From: a virus
IMG/VR virus record: IMGVR_UViG_3300022744_000028
Location: 5,750-69,749 of that record
Reading direction: 5' to 3' (one strand)
DNA: 64,000 bases
A program made the position numbers and the translations under genes. The notes under the pieces were generated by a model. It was not told the DNA's origin. It saw nothing but the letters and a program-made list of their open reading frames with translations, and searched no databases. Of this stretch, positions 46,172-57,959 are shown piece by piece (position 1 is the stretch's first letter; each line of letters begins with the position of its first letter).

Positions 46172-47179
46172 TTAATTTATCGCTCCATATCTTGAACCAT
46201 ATGCACCCCATGTGATGTACGCATTTCCATCGATCGCCGCACCACCTGCTCTACCGTATCCAGCATACCGTGAATCTGTATCAGAATATGCTCCAGTAGT
46301 ACCTAGTGTACCGTTGTTGCCAGATGCACCCAAACTACCACCAGCACCACCCTCAGCACCCGTCAATACTGAACTATTACAATCGCTCGTTACGCTAGGA
46401 GCAACCGATCCAGCAGGACCAGCCGTCGTCATCCCAGCTGTCGGCGCATCATATGATGCCGTCTTTTGCCCAGCTCCAGTACAGTTACCGGTTGCTGAGC
46501 CCGCAGTCTGACCATATTGCCACACGTTGAACCCACCACCAGCACCATTTCCTGCACCACCACCTCCAGGACCACCACAGGAATATGCCATCGTCGGAGG
46601 ATATGCGCACGATTGTGGAGGTGTGAACAGATAGCGCGCACCACCAGATCCCCCGCCACCGCCACCACCGCCAATAATCGAATTATTATACACTGTACAG
46701 TATGTGCTTACATACATCGCTGGACCACCAGCAGTTGCTAACGTAACATACTGTACCGCAGTACATACACCAGCACCAACGAATGCGCGACTACCATCTC
46801 CTCTTCCGCCTCTACCAACAATGTTTCCGTTGTTAATAATCGTCAGCCCACCAGGAAACGAGCCAGTAACATACAAACCATACGTTCCTGTGCTGGATGC
46901 ATATATCGATGCATTATTTGTCACTTCAACAGCAACCGATTGGTCCCACCCTTGCGAAACCAACCAAGGGCGCAAATCAAGATCTGTCATATTGCTATTG
47001 ATTGCAATAGCAAACTTGTTTGCCTTCCCATATCCATCAGACATACTGATGGCGCCAGATGGCTTTTGGAATAGCGTACGAACAATGCTACTATTCATGT
47101 CAATAGCTGCAGTCGATGAGCGCGCAAGCTCTGTATTAACTTGCGAAAGAGATATCGGTCCGGATGCTTGTAATGTCAT
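46172..47179 (-). CDS. glycine-rich virion fibre/adhesin-like protein (335 aa)
   Basis: MTLQASGPISLSQVNTEL..GAISMSDGYGK N-terminus, GRGG/GGGGGG glycine-rich loops; late-promoter motif AATAAATA at 47185-47192. Confidence 0.8.
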   Translation of the reverse strand: MTLQASGPISLSQVNTELARSSTAAIDMNSSIVRTLFQKPSGAISMSDGYGKANKFAIAINSNMTDLDLRPWLVSQGWDQSVAVEVTNNASIYASSTGTYGLYVTGSFPGGLTIINNGNIVGRGGRGDGSRAFVGAGVCTAVQYVTLATAGGPAMYVSTYCTVYNNSIIGGGGGGGGSGGARYLFTPPQSCAYPPTMAYSCGGPGGGGAGNGAGGGFNVWQYGQTAGSATGNCTGAGQKTASYDAPTAGMTTAGPAGSVAPSVTSDCNSSVLTGAEGGAGGSLGASGNNGTLGTTGAYSDTDSRYAGYGRAGGAAIDGNAYITWGAYGSRYGAIN

Positions 47180-47381
47180 GTGACTATTTATTGAGTGTCG
47201 CTATGATCAACTCCCAAAGCAATCTTCAGTGCTTGGATATGAACAGGCACTGGATTTCCAGTCTTCTCTGCTAGCTTTTCGTACTCTTCAATTACAACAG
47301 CCGCCACCTCTTGCCAAGACTTTGCGATATTCGCTTCGATAATGTATAAGTCTTTTAAGCTCTTGATTGTTTCTTGCTCGT

Positions 47382-47654
47382 TCATTGCTCAATCCCGAAG
47401 TGCTTTTTCATTTTGTGTTGTATTACATCGCAGGCAGCTTGACCTTCAGCATAGATGTTTTTCATACCAAAGTCCGTTTCCTCCATACGATACCGTTCAT
47501 ATTGAAACGACAGGTCTTCGCACAATGACGCACATTCTTTGATGATCAGCTCCGTAAACTTCTCCACATACTCTGGTGGCCAGTAGTAATTACCAGCGAT
47601 GAACTCACTGGTGCTCGTAGCATCTATCATAATGTCATGTAGTCGCTTGTTCAT
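47382..47654 (-). CDS. MNERI family member
   Basis: MNKRLHDIM..EKFTELIIKEC..KHFGIEQ. Confidence 0.8.
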   Translation of the reverse strand: MNKRLHDIMIDATSTSEFIAGNYYWPPEYVEKFTELIIKECASLCEDLSFQYERYRMEETDFGMKNIYAEGQAACDVIQHKMKKHFGIEQ

Positions 47655-48251
47655 CAGAATCCTCTTTGACCTTCGTCATCATTCTCTAGATGGTGGAATT
47701 CAATCAGCATTTCCTCGAAATCATCAAGCAAATCGCGATCACCATAGTCATCATAATCAGCTAGGTTCACTTGCTTGTTCATGTGCTGCATCCGCTCCAG
47801 GATCAGCGTTCTTAGTGTATGTGTAGAGTTTGACATAGTACTTAAATTCCTTTGGTTGTTGTTCTGGGTCTGGCAAATCATCACCGTAGTGCGCTACTAG
47901 CTCATTCCATAGATTGTTTAATGATTCAATATCCATGGACGTTAGCTCCTCGTATCAGCAATTCAGCAGCCTCGCGCATATAACGCTTCTGCGGCGTGTC
48001 ATCCAATCCCTGATCGTTGATCGCTCCATAATACGCTAGCTTTTCTGCCAAGTCAATAGCATACTGGCGCGACCTGTCTGTAGTAGATTTCGTGGGTTCG
48101 TTCATCCAAGTATTAAATGTGTCACACTCAAATCGTGGACAATCGCCGCCACAGTGGATACATTCGCCCTTTGGCTGCTCTGGTTGTGCTGCATTGAATC
48201 CATCTTGGTAGCCAGCTTCATAGCCGACTGAGTATTCTTCTGTCGCCATAC

Positions 48252-48461
48252 TCAATTCCCAGCATAGACGGAGATGTACTTCTCACCAACTGTCCAATCA
48301 CACAACTCACCACAATCTTCCGTCCCGTCAATTGTCCCTAGCGACGGACTACCAAGATAGCCAGTGGATCCTGATGCTCCATGACAATAGAATACTTCCA
48401 AGTCACCATGACCAGCATATTGCAGCTCTTGCAATCGTGTAATAAATTCGTTTAGTTTCAT
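48252..48461 (-). CDS. hypothetical protein (MKLNEFITRL family)
   Basis: Coupled ORF; similar start to 39196 and 60423. Confidence 0.6.
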   Translation of the reverse strand: MKLNEFITRLQELQYAGHGDLEVFYCHGASGSTGYLGSPSLGTIDGTEDCGELCDWTVGEKYISVYAGN

Positions 48462-48661
48462 TCCTCAACTCCGAAATGTTCCATTATGTTGTTCATAATA
48501 GTCCTGTATGGCTCATGCGCAATCATCTTTGGACTGGGATCGCTGTTGAGAACAACATCAATACATTCCTGAATCACTTGTTCAGCAATGCTATAGTGCT
48601 CATCCTCGGGAATGATGCCCATACTCACAATCATCTCTCGCAATTTAGGATTTGGTGTCAT
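48458..48661 (-). CDS. MNERI family member (divergent)
   Basis: NPKLREM..AEQVIQEC..EHFGVEE. Confidence 0.7.
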   Translation of the reverse strand: MTPNPKLREMIVSMGIIPEDEHYSIAEQVIQECIDVVLNSDPSPKMIAHEPYRTIMNNIMEHFGVEE

Positions 48662-48863
48662 TATCCAATCCTTTCGGCAGTATGAGTAATGCCATTTGGT
48701 GAACGGTGTTCGCGAATATGATACCAATGGCCGTCAACTTTTTCTATCCATTTCATCATACACGGACATTCTGGCTCTCCATTTCGTGGTCCCATGCAAC
48801 CACAAGCGTTGGAAATAGGAGCAGGTTTACTCAGCCATTGGCGAATAGCAATTTGTTCGTTAG

Positions 48864-49088
48864 TCATTCCGTCACTCCAAAGTGTTCTTTGATATCAGCG
48901 ATGATCGAGTCTGTGATGGTAACCTCTTGTTCACATCTGCAGCCACACTTACACGGCTCCACAATCTCAATACATTCCTGAATGATTAACTGTGCGAACT
49001 TTTCGTGATCGAAGTTCGTCTCTGCATGATCGACGTGGAAGGTATATGATACGCACTGCTTTGCAAGATTGTATATGCGCTCATTCAT
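48864..49088 (-). CDS. MNERI family member
   Basis: MNERIYNLAKQC..EKFAQLIIQEC..EHFGVTE. Confidence 0.8.
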   Translation of the reverse strand: MNERIYNLAKQCVSYTFHVDHAETNFDHEKFAQLIIQECIEIVEPCKCGCRCEQEVTITDSIIADIKEHFGVTE

Positions 49089-49950
49089 CTACAGGCTCCG
49101 TAACCAAGCTGATCACTTCATCAGCACCGATGATTCTGTACGTCAGTGCCATATTGGCATACTCGCCAGCAATCTTGCCAGCCCATTGGTCTGCGTTCAT
49201 GTTGAGACTGTTGTCGTCCGGAACAGTAACACGAATCTTAACAGTGATGTCGAATTGTTTCATTTCATTCCCCAGTTCTTATACCATGTGACCAACCAGA
49301 TGATACCGAGCAGCTACCACATAGCAGGAGCCATCGCACCATCAAATAATGCAATACATCCTATCAGCAACACGATCAAGCCAGCAACTGCTGTACCGAA
49401 ACTTCCCATACGATACTCCTGTTGTCTATGTGTATATTATAACACAAACAGGACTTTTGGCAACTAGGTCTAAAGTGTTGTTATTTTTGTAGTATATGAT
49501 ACTACTTTTCGCAGCGTCTTGTTGTAGCGAAATAACCATACAAAGTTGCGGATTCGTAGTATAAATCCGAAATTGTACTTATCCGATAGCGGATAGAAGT
49601 TCAATCCTTGATTGATATACTCACCTTCTTTTCTAATGTGTATCATTTGCGATTCCTTGCACCATCGATATTGAATTCATACAACAATTCGTGTGCGAGT
49701 AGCACACCTTCGTCCGAATCGCTCCTATGGCATATGTCAGCACACTCACTAACAATCATGTATTCAAACTTCGTCAGGATATTCAACAACGCAGCATCAA
49801 CATCCAGCCCATACACATCGTTGCGGATGAAATGTTGGATTTCATCTCTTGCAACTGTTTGTGAGAAGTCGACTCTTGCGATATCGTGTCTTGTGATATT
49901 CATATCTGTTTGCCTGTGTGCTTCGTCTAATGCTGATTTGACTTTATCGT

Positions 49951-50220
49951 TCATTTCACTTCTTTCGGCGTTGGTAGTTCTGGAATCCTCATCCAATGTG
50001 TGTATGGAGCTTCCTCAGAAGGTCCAGGTCCTAACTTCGGACCACCAACAATGATGTAGTGTTCATAGAAGTCATTGTGATTATACCACATTCCTTCGAA
50101 AATCCAATCGAAGTCGACGCATTCATCATAGTGAATTCCTCTTGGTGGAGTATAAACTAACACCAATTCCTCTTCAGGCGGTAATTCCCTCTCTACTGAG
50201 ATCCATGGATTAGTATGCAT
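49951..50220 (-). CDS. DUF551-like protein
   Basis: WISVERELP..VLVY and THWMRIPELP motifs. Confidence 0.8.
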   Translation of the reverse strand: MHTNPWISVERELPPEEELVLVYTPPRGIHYDECVDFDWIFEGMWYNHNDFYEHYIIVGGPKLGPGPSEEAPYTHWMRIPELPTPKEVK

Positions 50221-50986
50221 ATCTTGTATGGTATCTGTGTTTGTAATACAATTTGCGAATGTGTAGGAGTACTCGCTTCCACAACGGCTGCGGAATGATC
50301 TCACACCATAAGTCGACATATGATTCGCAATGACAATACTTGTCCAGCGCACCATAGTAGCACGAAGGACAAGTATCGTTCATGTGCTGGTAGTCTGTAT
50401 CATCATGCGTGACGAATTCGGCAATCTTTCCGTCATAGATGCATGTTCCAGACCAATGGACATCATAATGCATCGTGATGTAATGGAACACCACATCATC
50501 GTAGTTGACTTTAATCATTTTAAAATGTCAGCTCCCATTCTAACAATATCAAACTCGCTGCTCGTGCATGAGCTCCCGTCCATAAACCAACACTTATCCC
50601 AGTTTGGCGTATGGAACGTCTCGCTCTCCAGCAGGTCATCTGAATCGGGACGATGCATGACGTTCACTACCGTCCCGTTGCGCAGCTGCACAGGATAACC
50701 ATCGTTGCGATAGTCCTGCCTCATACACCTCATCTTCATCGCGTGTGTGAATGAGTTCAGCATGTCTCGGCTAACGAACATAGCAGAATTAATCATGTGC
50801 TCCACCTATAGTGACACATTGGGCATGTGTGTTGATTCTGTCTTCTAACCATATCATTGTGTGCGTTTACATCTTTCCCTTGCATCTCGACGATTCTATG
50901 ATATCCAGCATTCTGGATCTTCACAAGGATTGGATACCACAAGTGGTCTTCGTACTTCTGAGGAAACCCTCTTATAATTGGTGATG

Positions 50987-51259
50987 TCATTTGTCGATAC
51001 CAAAGTGTTTGATAACCAATGCTTGGTAGTTCTCCATAGAGTATGCCAGATCCATCGTATCCAGGTTATTGTACTCAGTTGGATCGAATGATGCAAATCG
51101 TTCTTCCTCATCAACAGCAAGCATGATGCACTCGCGAACGATCAGCTCAGCAAACTTTTCCATATACCGTTTCTGATAGTTCTCAAACAACATGCTAGAG
51201 TTATCCGAGCGAGCATATAGATCGGCCTGGTCAGATAGTTCTTGGACTCGTGGAGTCAT
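50987..51259 (-). CDS. MNERI family member
   Basis: MTPRVQELSDQA..EKFAELIVREC..KHFGIDK. Confidence 0.8.
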   Translation of the reverse strand: MTPRVQELSDQADLYARSDNSSMLFENYQKRYMEKFAELIVRECIMLAVDEEERFASFDPTEYNNLDTMDLAYSMENYQALVIKHFGIDK

Positions 51260-51683
51260 AGTGGTGCATCCTCAAAGTTATCAGGATTGAATTTAGGAAC
51301 CTTATTCCCCTTGTCCTTTGGATTGGGGAACGGAGGGAATGGCCAATTACTCATCTTCCCACTCGACAAAGAACCAATCATCATGATGTGCATTCAATTC
51401 TGCTGCATACTCATCAGCATTATGTTTGTAATCGAATTTCTGCCACACTTCAACCAACGAAGCATCGCTCTTGCTATATCGCTTTACGACGTACATTATT
51501 TCTTCTCCAGCGCAATAGCTTGCTCAATTACAGCAGCCAGTTGCTCGCCGAGAATTGTATGTCGCTCTTGTGGACTGAATAGTGCGACGGAGTCTTGTAG
51601 GTCTTCTATGCTGAAGTCAATTGTCAGTCGCAACATTGGCATGAATGTCTCATCGTCGATGGCTCTGCTTGTGCTTACTAGAT

Positions 51684-52103
51684 TCATAGTTTGTTCCTCA
51701 CTACTTGACGTTGTTGCTCATACTGACGAGGAAGATACTGCGCATCAATCGTTTGACGGGCAAGCGGCTCAATATCAATACACTTCCAAGGGATATCAGT
51801 ATCACGCGACTCCATTTGGCTGAATGCTTGTTTGTGCGTATACCGGCCAGCCTCAGAGATATTTGTCGTATACCCTCTGCTGTCCTTGCCCCACCACACA
51901 ACACAGTTGCCGACATATGAGCGAGTGTCTTGAATGAAATACATTCCATCGTCGACTGGTCCTGCCGTCAGGTTGGTCAGATCGACCACTGCAGCGAGCA
52001 TCCAATCACCAACAGCTTTCAGCTCACGATCATCGCTATCGCGCAAGATCATCGCCATCTGGCGACCGAACTCTTTCATCTCATCATCGATAATCAAATT
52101 CAT
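51684..52103 (-). CDS. hypothetical protein (139 aa)
   Basis: YVGNCVVWWGKDSRGYTTNISEAGRYT motif seen in phage proteins; coupled ORF. Confidence 0.65.
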   Translation of the reverse strand: MNLIIDDEMKEFGRQMAMILRDSDDRELKAVGDWMLAAVVDLTNLTAGPVDDGMYFIQDTRSYVGNCVVWWGKDSRGYTTNISEAGRYTHKQAFSQMESRDTDIPWKCIDIEPLARQTIDAQYLPRQYEQQRQVVRNKL

Positions 52104-52715
52104 TATGCATTCTTTCTACGTAGTGCGCCTGCGACGTGCAAGCACAGATCTTTCTCTCTCCATCCACCTTCTGGGGCTTGGTCATGGATGATTGCGCGAA
52201 GCTCACGGTCTGTTAGGTCGACCCATGTTCGGGCTACTGGTTTCACTTCGGACAGCAAACGAGCGTTCTGTATGCCATCCGCATCGACCACACGAACGAA
52301 TACACGATGGAGATTCTTTGCACCATCGAGGTCGCCCCAAACATAGTACCCAACGACCTTGTGCTCGACCCACTTATCCAGGCTGTTGAGGTGGATCAAT
52401 ACCTTAGAACCGACTGGTGGCAGCAAGTCACCTTCAATTGGTTGCAAATTCATTGTGGTTCCTTCATTCCCATAACAATCAAGTAGTCGCGTGCTCGATC
52501 GAGTTGTTGTTGCCATGCAGCCGTACTCTGCCACGATGATATGAATGCACTATCAAGTGCATCGACCAAGCCGAGCAAGTGGTTCGCTGCGTCAGGTGCA
52601 GGCGAGTAGATATACGTCTTCTGTGGCATATAGTATGCTGTTTCGAGGATCTTGCGAACGTCGTCGGGAAGTGTAAATCCTTCCAACACAATCGCCACTG
52701 CTTCACGTAGCGTAC

Positions 52716-53144
52716 TCATAGCGTGCCATCCATCAAGTCAGCACGAGCCATTGCTTGGTCACATTCGAAGCGTGCTTCGGCAATCATCTCACGAGTGGCG
52801 AGATAGTTTGTTTCTTCCATGATCTGTTCGTCGGTGAAATCGCGATAGACACCATCTCTGACAATTTGATGTAGTGTTGTGCCTGGCTTGTGCTTGGGCC
52901 ACATACGGAACTGTAGAAACCTAGAGATTGCTGCGTGCTTCTTCTCGCGGAATTGTTCGAACGCAAGATCGCTGGTGTTGCACTCATCGGTCCATAGCAC
53001 AGCATCAATTGCGTCGCTCATAATTAGATCAGCAAACTGTTGAATCTGTTTACCTGCTAGCATAGGAATCAATTGTTCGCCATCTTCTCCGCGACCGATT
53101 CCACCGACCCGCTCAGCAAATTGTTTAATCTTTGGATGGATCAT
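52716..53144 (-). CDS. MNERI-like N-terminal domain fused to an extra C-terminal domain
   Basis: HPKIKQFAERVG..QQFADLIMSDA. Confidence 0.6.
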   Translation of the reverse strand: MIHPKIKQFAERVGGIGRGEDGEQLIPMLAGKQIQQFADLIMSDAIDAVLWTDECNTSDLAFEQFREKKHAAISRFLQFRMWPKHKPGTTLHQIVRDGVYRDFTDEQIMEETNYLATREMIAEARFECDQAMARADLMDGTL

Positions 53145-53506
53145 ATTCTTTCTCCGAGTCCCATAACCCATTCTTATAGGTTGTTTCGATAATCTTGTCG
53201 CCCAGTGCACATTTGATCATGGGATCATTCCAAAACTCTTCATCGACGGCAGCATTCCTGAAGAGATTGACCTTACTGAGGAAGTATGTCAGCTGTTCTA
53301 GCGTTTCGAACTTTGTAATGTCGATCGGCTTTCTGCGCGACACCTTAACTTCAGGCTTATTGAATGGCCACATCACTCAATCCCTAGTCGTTGACGCAGC
53401 TTGCGTGCAAAGTGTCCCTTGAGGATTAGGTCGTCCATCAGGAATACAACCAAGATGGCGAGAAGGCATCCTATGACGCCAAATAGAAAAGGAATAACGG
53501 TATGCA

Positions 53507-53725
53507 TTACTCTACTCCGAAGTGTTGTTTAATTTGTTCCACAGGGAACACTGGTAAGATGCTATTATCATGGAGAAATGCATTTCTGCCAACACGGATG
53601 CATTCTTGGACTATCAATTTGCTGTATCGCATGATTGCTTCCTTATCATACTCATCAAATTGATCCCAGCAGCCAGATGCCGTCAGTCCGGCATTGTACA
53701 TCAAATCGTCGAAGTGTTTACTCAT
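53507..53725 (-). CDS. MNERI family member (divergent)
   Basis: LMYNAGL..YSKLIVQEC..QHFGVE. Confidence 0.75.
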   Translation of the reverse strand: MSKHFDDLMYNAGLTASGCWDQFDEYDKEAIMRYSKLIVQECIRVGRNAFLHDNSILPVFPVEQIKQHFGVE

Positions 53726-53927
53726 TCTATTCGTACCAAGTGGTCAACGGGAATAGTGAAGAATGGATAATCACCATCCTCCTTCAGAGATACAGAGACG
53801 TGCTCTATACCAGTGAAGTGCGTATCGTCACGCGCGAGGCCATAATCGTGGCCACGAGCCTCATATACAATCGTTCCAGCGTCGTGGCCGAATCGTTTGT
53901 TTAGTGTTTGATATTTGGCTAATTTCA

Positions 53928-54317
53928 TTACCATACCTCATCATCATAAAGTTCGGCTGCCTTCTCGTTTGCAAGAATCATGCAAGCCTTGTCCATACAC
54001 TTCCAGAACACTGGTGCATCTTGCAAACACATCCAGATAATTTGGTCGATATGCTTAGTTGGAATCACATCAACTTGGCGGAAGCTCTTGTGGAATTGGT
54101 ATCCAATCAGTTCACTGGGTCTTTCGCTATTGAAATCCTCAATCCCCCACATCGCATCTTTGAGCGTCGCCTTTACGTCTTTCTCATACACTTCAAACAA
54201 GCTCCAGAGAATGCGATCGCACTGACTAGCAGTATTTGTGTGTATGCTATTCATTTTCCGATCCATCAATGCCCAGAACAGGCTGACAAATTGATCACCA
54301 GTTAGATAAATTTTCAT
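53928..54317 (-). CDS. hypothetical protein
   Basis: Coupled ORF in the - strand chain. Confidence 0.6.
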   Translation of the reverse strand: MKIYLTGDQFVSLFWALMDRKMNSIHTNTASQCDRILWSLFEVYEKDVKATLKDAMWGIEDFNSERPSELIGYQFHKSFRQVDVIPTKHIDQIIWMCLQDAPVFWKCMDKACMILANEKAAELYDDEVW

Positions 54318-54530
54318 GTTGCTTCTTTCCAAGCCTCAACGGCTTCTTTCACCCACGCTGGGCTCGCGTGACCTTTTGTGATGATCATACTGCACTTCAT
54401 TAGTGTATTGAAATCCTCACTACGGTTGTGGTAGTATGCCAGGTATGTGATGATCTTACACATTGCTTCTTCCTTTGACCACATAGCAGGGCGCTCAGCA
54501 GGAAGCTCAGCCTTCTTCTGCTGCCAATAC

Positions 54531-55052
54531 TCAATCAGTTCCTTTTCCGTCATCGATAATCCTACAGTATGCTTGATATGCTTCCTCTGTTACGCCTAGT
54601 GCATCCAACCATTCGCCGAAATAGATGTCCAGGATGGTTGACTTTGGATGTGTTCCTCGGTGGTATGTGATGTAATCTTTACGGTTCTGTACCTTATCAG
54701 CAATCAACATATCATTGACATCTTTCAATGGGCTCAGACGGATGTCGCCGCCGTCCCAAACATCTTCGCTGAGATACTCATTTGCTACACTACGGTACTC
54801 CATTGCCAGCATAATGACGCGCGGATAGCACATATTGGTGACGATGTCGTGGAAGAACATTAGATCAGTATCATTTTGTACCAGTGGATGGATGCAAAAC
54901 GCTAGCTTAGCCTCATTAGTCGCACCGATGTGCTCGAGTACAGCTAGTCCTTCATTGATATGATTGATCAACGGTACTTGGCTTCGCTCAGCACGGCGCT
55001 TACCATAGTGAGCAGCAACTAAGCTATATTCGACTGATTGTTTGACGTTCAT
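54531..55052 (-). CDS. HD-domain-like (SpoT-hydrolase-like) protein with HD changed to HP
   Basis: AAHYGKRR..VPLINHINEG..LAFCIHPLVQND and ADKVQNRKD follow the HD_4 layout. Confidence 0.55.
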   Translation of the reverse strand: MNVKQSVEYSLVAAHYGKRRAERSQVPLINHINEGLAVLEHIGATNEAKLAFCIHPLVQNDTDLMFFHDIVTNMCYPRVIMLAMEYRSVANEYLSEDVWDGGDIRLSPLKDVNDMLIADKVQNRKDYITYHRGTHPKSTILDIYFGEWLDALGVTEEAYQAYCRIIDDGKGTD

Positions 55053-55263
55053 AAAATCTTCCACCATGGTTTGCTTGGTGCTGGAGGAATGCGATCGATC
55101 TCTTCGAACCAACGCGCTTCCTCACCACAACGTTTTTTATCATTTCTATTGCTAGAGGCAAACGCAGCATATACGTCACCATATACTGGATCGACACCAT
55201 TATTGGGATGCTTGCAGAACGATAGTATTCCGTCCCTAAAGTACTTGCAATCGACGCATACTT

Positions 55264-55506
55264 TCATTTTCTACCCCAAATGTGATTACAGTCTGGACAT
55301 TGCCATTGGCGCGTGCGGTCGGCTTCCATATCGTAGATACCGATCTGTCTACCCCATTGGCCTTTCTCTCGCGTAGCCCCATACATCTCTGCGATACGGT
55401 CGGCCTCACTCTCACTTCCTGTCTCTTTGAAGAAGTGTTCCCAAATAGACCCACCATCGAAGTCTACACCACAATTAGGGCAATGTCCATGTTCGCTCAT
55501 ATTCAA
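55264..55506 (-). CDS. zinc-ribbon protein (80 aa)
   Basis: CPNCG..WQCPDC motifs. Confidence 0.7.
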   Translation of the reverse strand: MNMSEHGHCPNCGVDFDGGSIWEHFFKETGSESEADRIAEMYGATREKGQWGRQIGIYDMEADRTRQWQCPDCNHIWGRK

Positions 55507-55725
55507 CCCAAGTCATTGATTCCATATCCACCGAGCGACAACACACGGAGGAGAACTTCCAAAAACGCAATCACTATACCGAGAACGGCAAATGATAGCA
55601 CAACAATGCAAAATGCTGGTGGCCAGGTCACTAGCGATTGTGCTTCTCTATCATATACGAGACTTGCCCAGCAACAGCCAGCAACGTATGCTAAAATCCA
55701 AGGTAACCAATCCATAACAATACTC

Positions 55726-56118
55726 CTAGTAACTCATCGTACCAACACGGTCGCCGGATGTCTTGCCGCGCAGCTTAGCAGACAAGATCCAAATGTCCTT
55801 CTTCTTATACCGCTTTGCTTTGATGTCTCCATCTGTAACAAACTGATTATGTTCCCACTCATGGTACTTCTTATAGCAAGCGCGTGTATGCTCTTCTTCG
55901 TCACTCGACATTTTGAACGTCTTCGGGTCGGCGCCGTCGTGCAACGCCTGCTCAAGACGGACCATCTCCAACATATGGGCTTCTGTCATCTTAACGAGGC
56001 GAGTGGGGACCAATTCGGACTCGATGTCCATATAGTCGCCGACGTATCCATTCCACAACTTAATGTCTGGATTGCCTTCAATTGCAGTCAGCAACTCAAT
56101 CAGTTTTGATTTTCTCAT
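55726..56118 (-). CDS. hypothetical protein (130 aa)
   Basis: MRKSKLIELL..GNPDIKLWNG start; coupled ORF. Confidence 0.7.
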   Translation of the reverse strand: MRKSKLIELLTAIEGNPDIKLWNGYVGDYMDIESELVPTRLVKMTEAHMLEMVRLEQALHDGADPKTFKMSSDEEEHTRACYKKYHEWEHNQFVTDGDIKAKRYKKKDIWILSAKLRGKTSGDRVGTMSY

Positions 56119-57461
56119 TATCCGTACCAGTTATGTTCTTTGACTGTGTCTTCCGACTTTGCCCCACAGATCATGCACTCATTCCAGTATGTTGTGTGTG
56201 CATGATCATAATAGCTACCGCTGAAGTAACGAGACTTTTCTTCTACACGTTCGTGGGTGCACGACTTTAACAAGAAGGCTAGTTCGCTCTTATGTTTATC
56301 AATCAGCTTGCGCTTACGTTCTATTGTCTGTTCGAACGTCAAGGTTGATTTCGCCATACAGCTTTCTCCGTTAACTGCTCGAGCGTCACATCTTCATCGG
56401 TCATTGCAGCTCCAAGCATCACTTGCAGTGCTGTTACGGCGAACCCACTAGCAGCACCCCAGAAGATTGCCTTATCGAGCACTTCCAAGATCTGCAATGC
56501 AGTAGGAGTGTCGTCCCACTTCTTGACCAGTTCAACCAAAGCAGGGTCGAGTTGACCTTCGGGTGCATCGATGAACAGCTTTCTCAATTCAACTAGATTT
56601 TCATTTGCCATTTCTACTTTCCTTGGCCAGCTGAGCAAAAAGCGCATGCCAGCGTGCTTGAGTTTCTTTATAACCTGGATGATCATATGATCCTTCACTA
56701 TACCCCTTATCTGACATCATGGCACCAGCTTGGAGTATCACTTCCTTATCAATTTCGCGTGCTATTTCATCACCAGCACGCGATAACGCTTCTTCCTCAT
56801 TGTATGGAGGATCGTTAGAGTGGTCTTTTCCGCATCTCTTGCACGTCATACATGCTCCACAGGAGACATTTGATTGTTTGGATCGATGACATAGTGTGTA
56901 TCTTTGTCGATGATGTAGATCTTCAGTGCAAACTTACCATCACCATACTGCTGGTATCCAACCACAGTACCGAGTTGCGGAGGCTTTGCGAACTCTCTTT
57001 CAAATTCATCAGTTCCAGCTGGCCACATCACCACGACATTGTCATTGATCTTGAATCGTTGCATCAGTGCACGATTGGCTTTAAAATATTGGTCAGACAT
57101 TTGGTACTCCTACGACTTTACAATGGACATTGCGAGGCAACGCACGCTCACAATCATCAATCGCCTTGCGATATCTTGCTGCATCTGAAAATGGCAACGA
57201 CGAAATGATTATAACGATCAACCCACCGACAGCGAGCCCAGAGAAGAAGTCTTTCATGTTCGGTTCCAAAGTGTTCCTTTAATATCATGTGCATCCATTA
57301 AGAACTCGATGATGCAGATTGCAGTCCTTCGATCGATGTCGATGCTCGTTTCATTATCGCTGTGCCAATGGTCAGTCGAATGCTCAACATACTCCAGACA
57401 CACATCCTTTACAGAGATGTTTTCATAGTTGGTATATGTGAGCTTGCAACTGGATGTCAAA

Positions 57462-57959
57462 TCAAGAGTTTTGGTTTCCATTTTTAAGCTCGTCCAGGCG
57501 TTTCTCTAGCTGCGCAATTTCTTCAGCTGTTTCAGCCATTGCTTTAGCACGCTTGAGTTCCTTCTCCTTGTTGACGAAGAAGTCGATCATCGTCTGCTCT
57601 GTCATCATCAATTGACGTATCGGAATGTGAATTCGCTTGCATCGATTCGATTCGTGAAAACTCGTTTCCTCACCGCTAATGTTAGACGATCCCCAGCTCT
57701 CACTGAAATTGTCATCATCTACATCATAGTATGTTGGTGTGGTCACAGAGTAGTTGTGCTTCCACAATACGTCAACGCAAACCATGCCTTCGATCTTTGA
57801 TGGGATGTGGACAACCGCGAACGAATCGTCCGGCATCCACACATCACCCCACCCGTTGGTGTGTTTGCGGAACAACTTCAAATATGTCGTTACGATCGCA
57901 GCTAGATCATATGACATATTCGCAGCGCGAATGAAATCGCTTTCGTCGCGGAGTAACAT
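57462..57959 (-). CDS. hypothetical protein with a C-terminal coiled coil (165 aa)
   Basis: Coupled ORF; KEKELKRAK..EEIAQLEKRLDELK. Confidence 0.65.
   Translation of the reverse strand: MLLRDESDFIRAANMSYDLAAIVTTYLKLFRKHTNGWGDVWMPDDSFAVVHIPSKIEGMVCVDVLWKHNYSVTTPTYYDVDDDNFSESWGSSNISGEETSFHESNRCKRIHIPIRQLMMTEQTMIDFFVNKEKELKRAKAMAETAEEIAQLEKRLDELKNGNQNS

Noticed and set aside
552-47179. Diversity-generating retroelement targeting the YTG-repeat or glycine-rich genes
   Set aside because: No reverse transcriptase is present, and I saw no template/variable repeat pair differing only at adenines.
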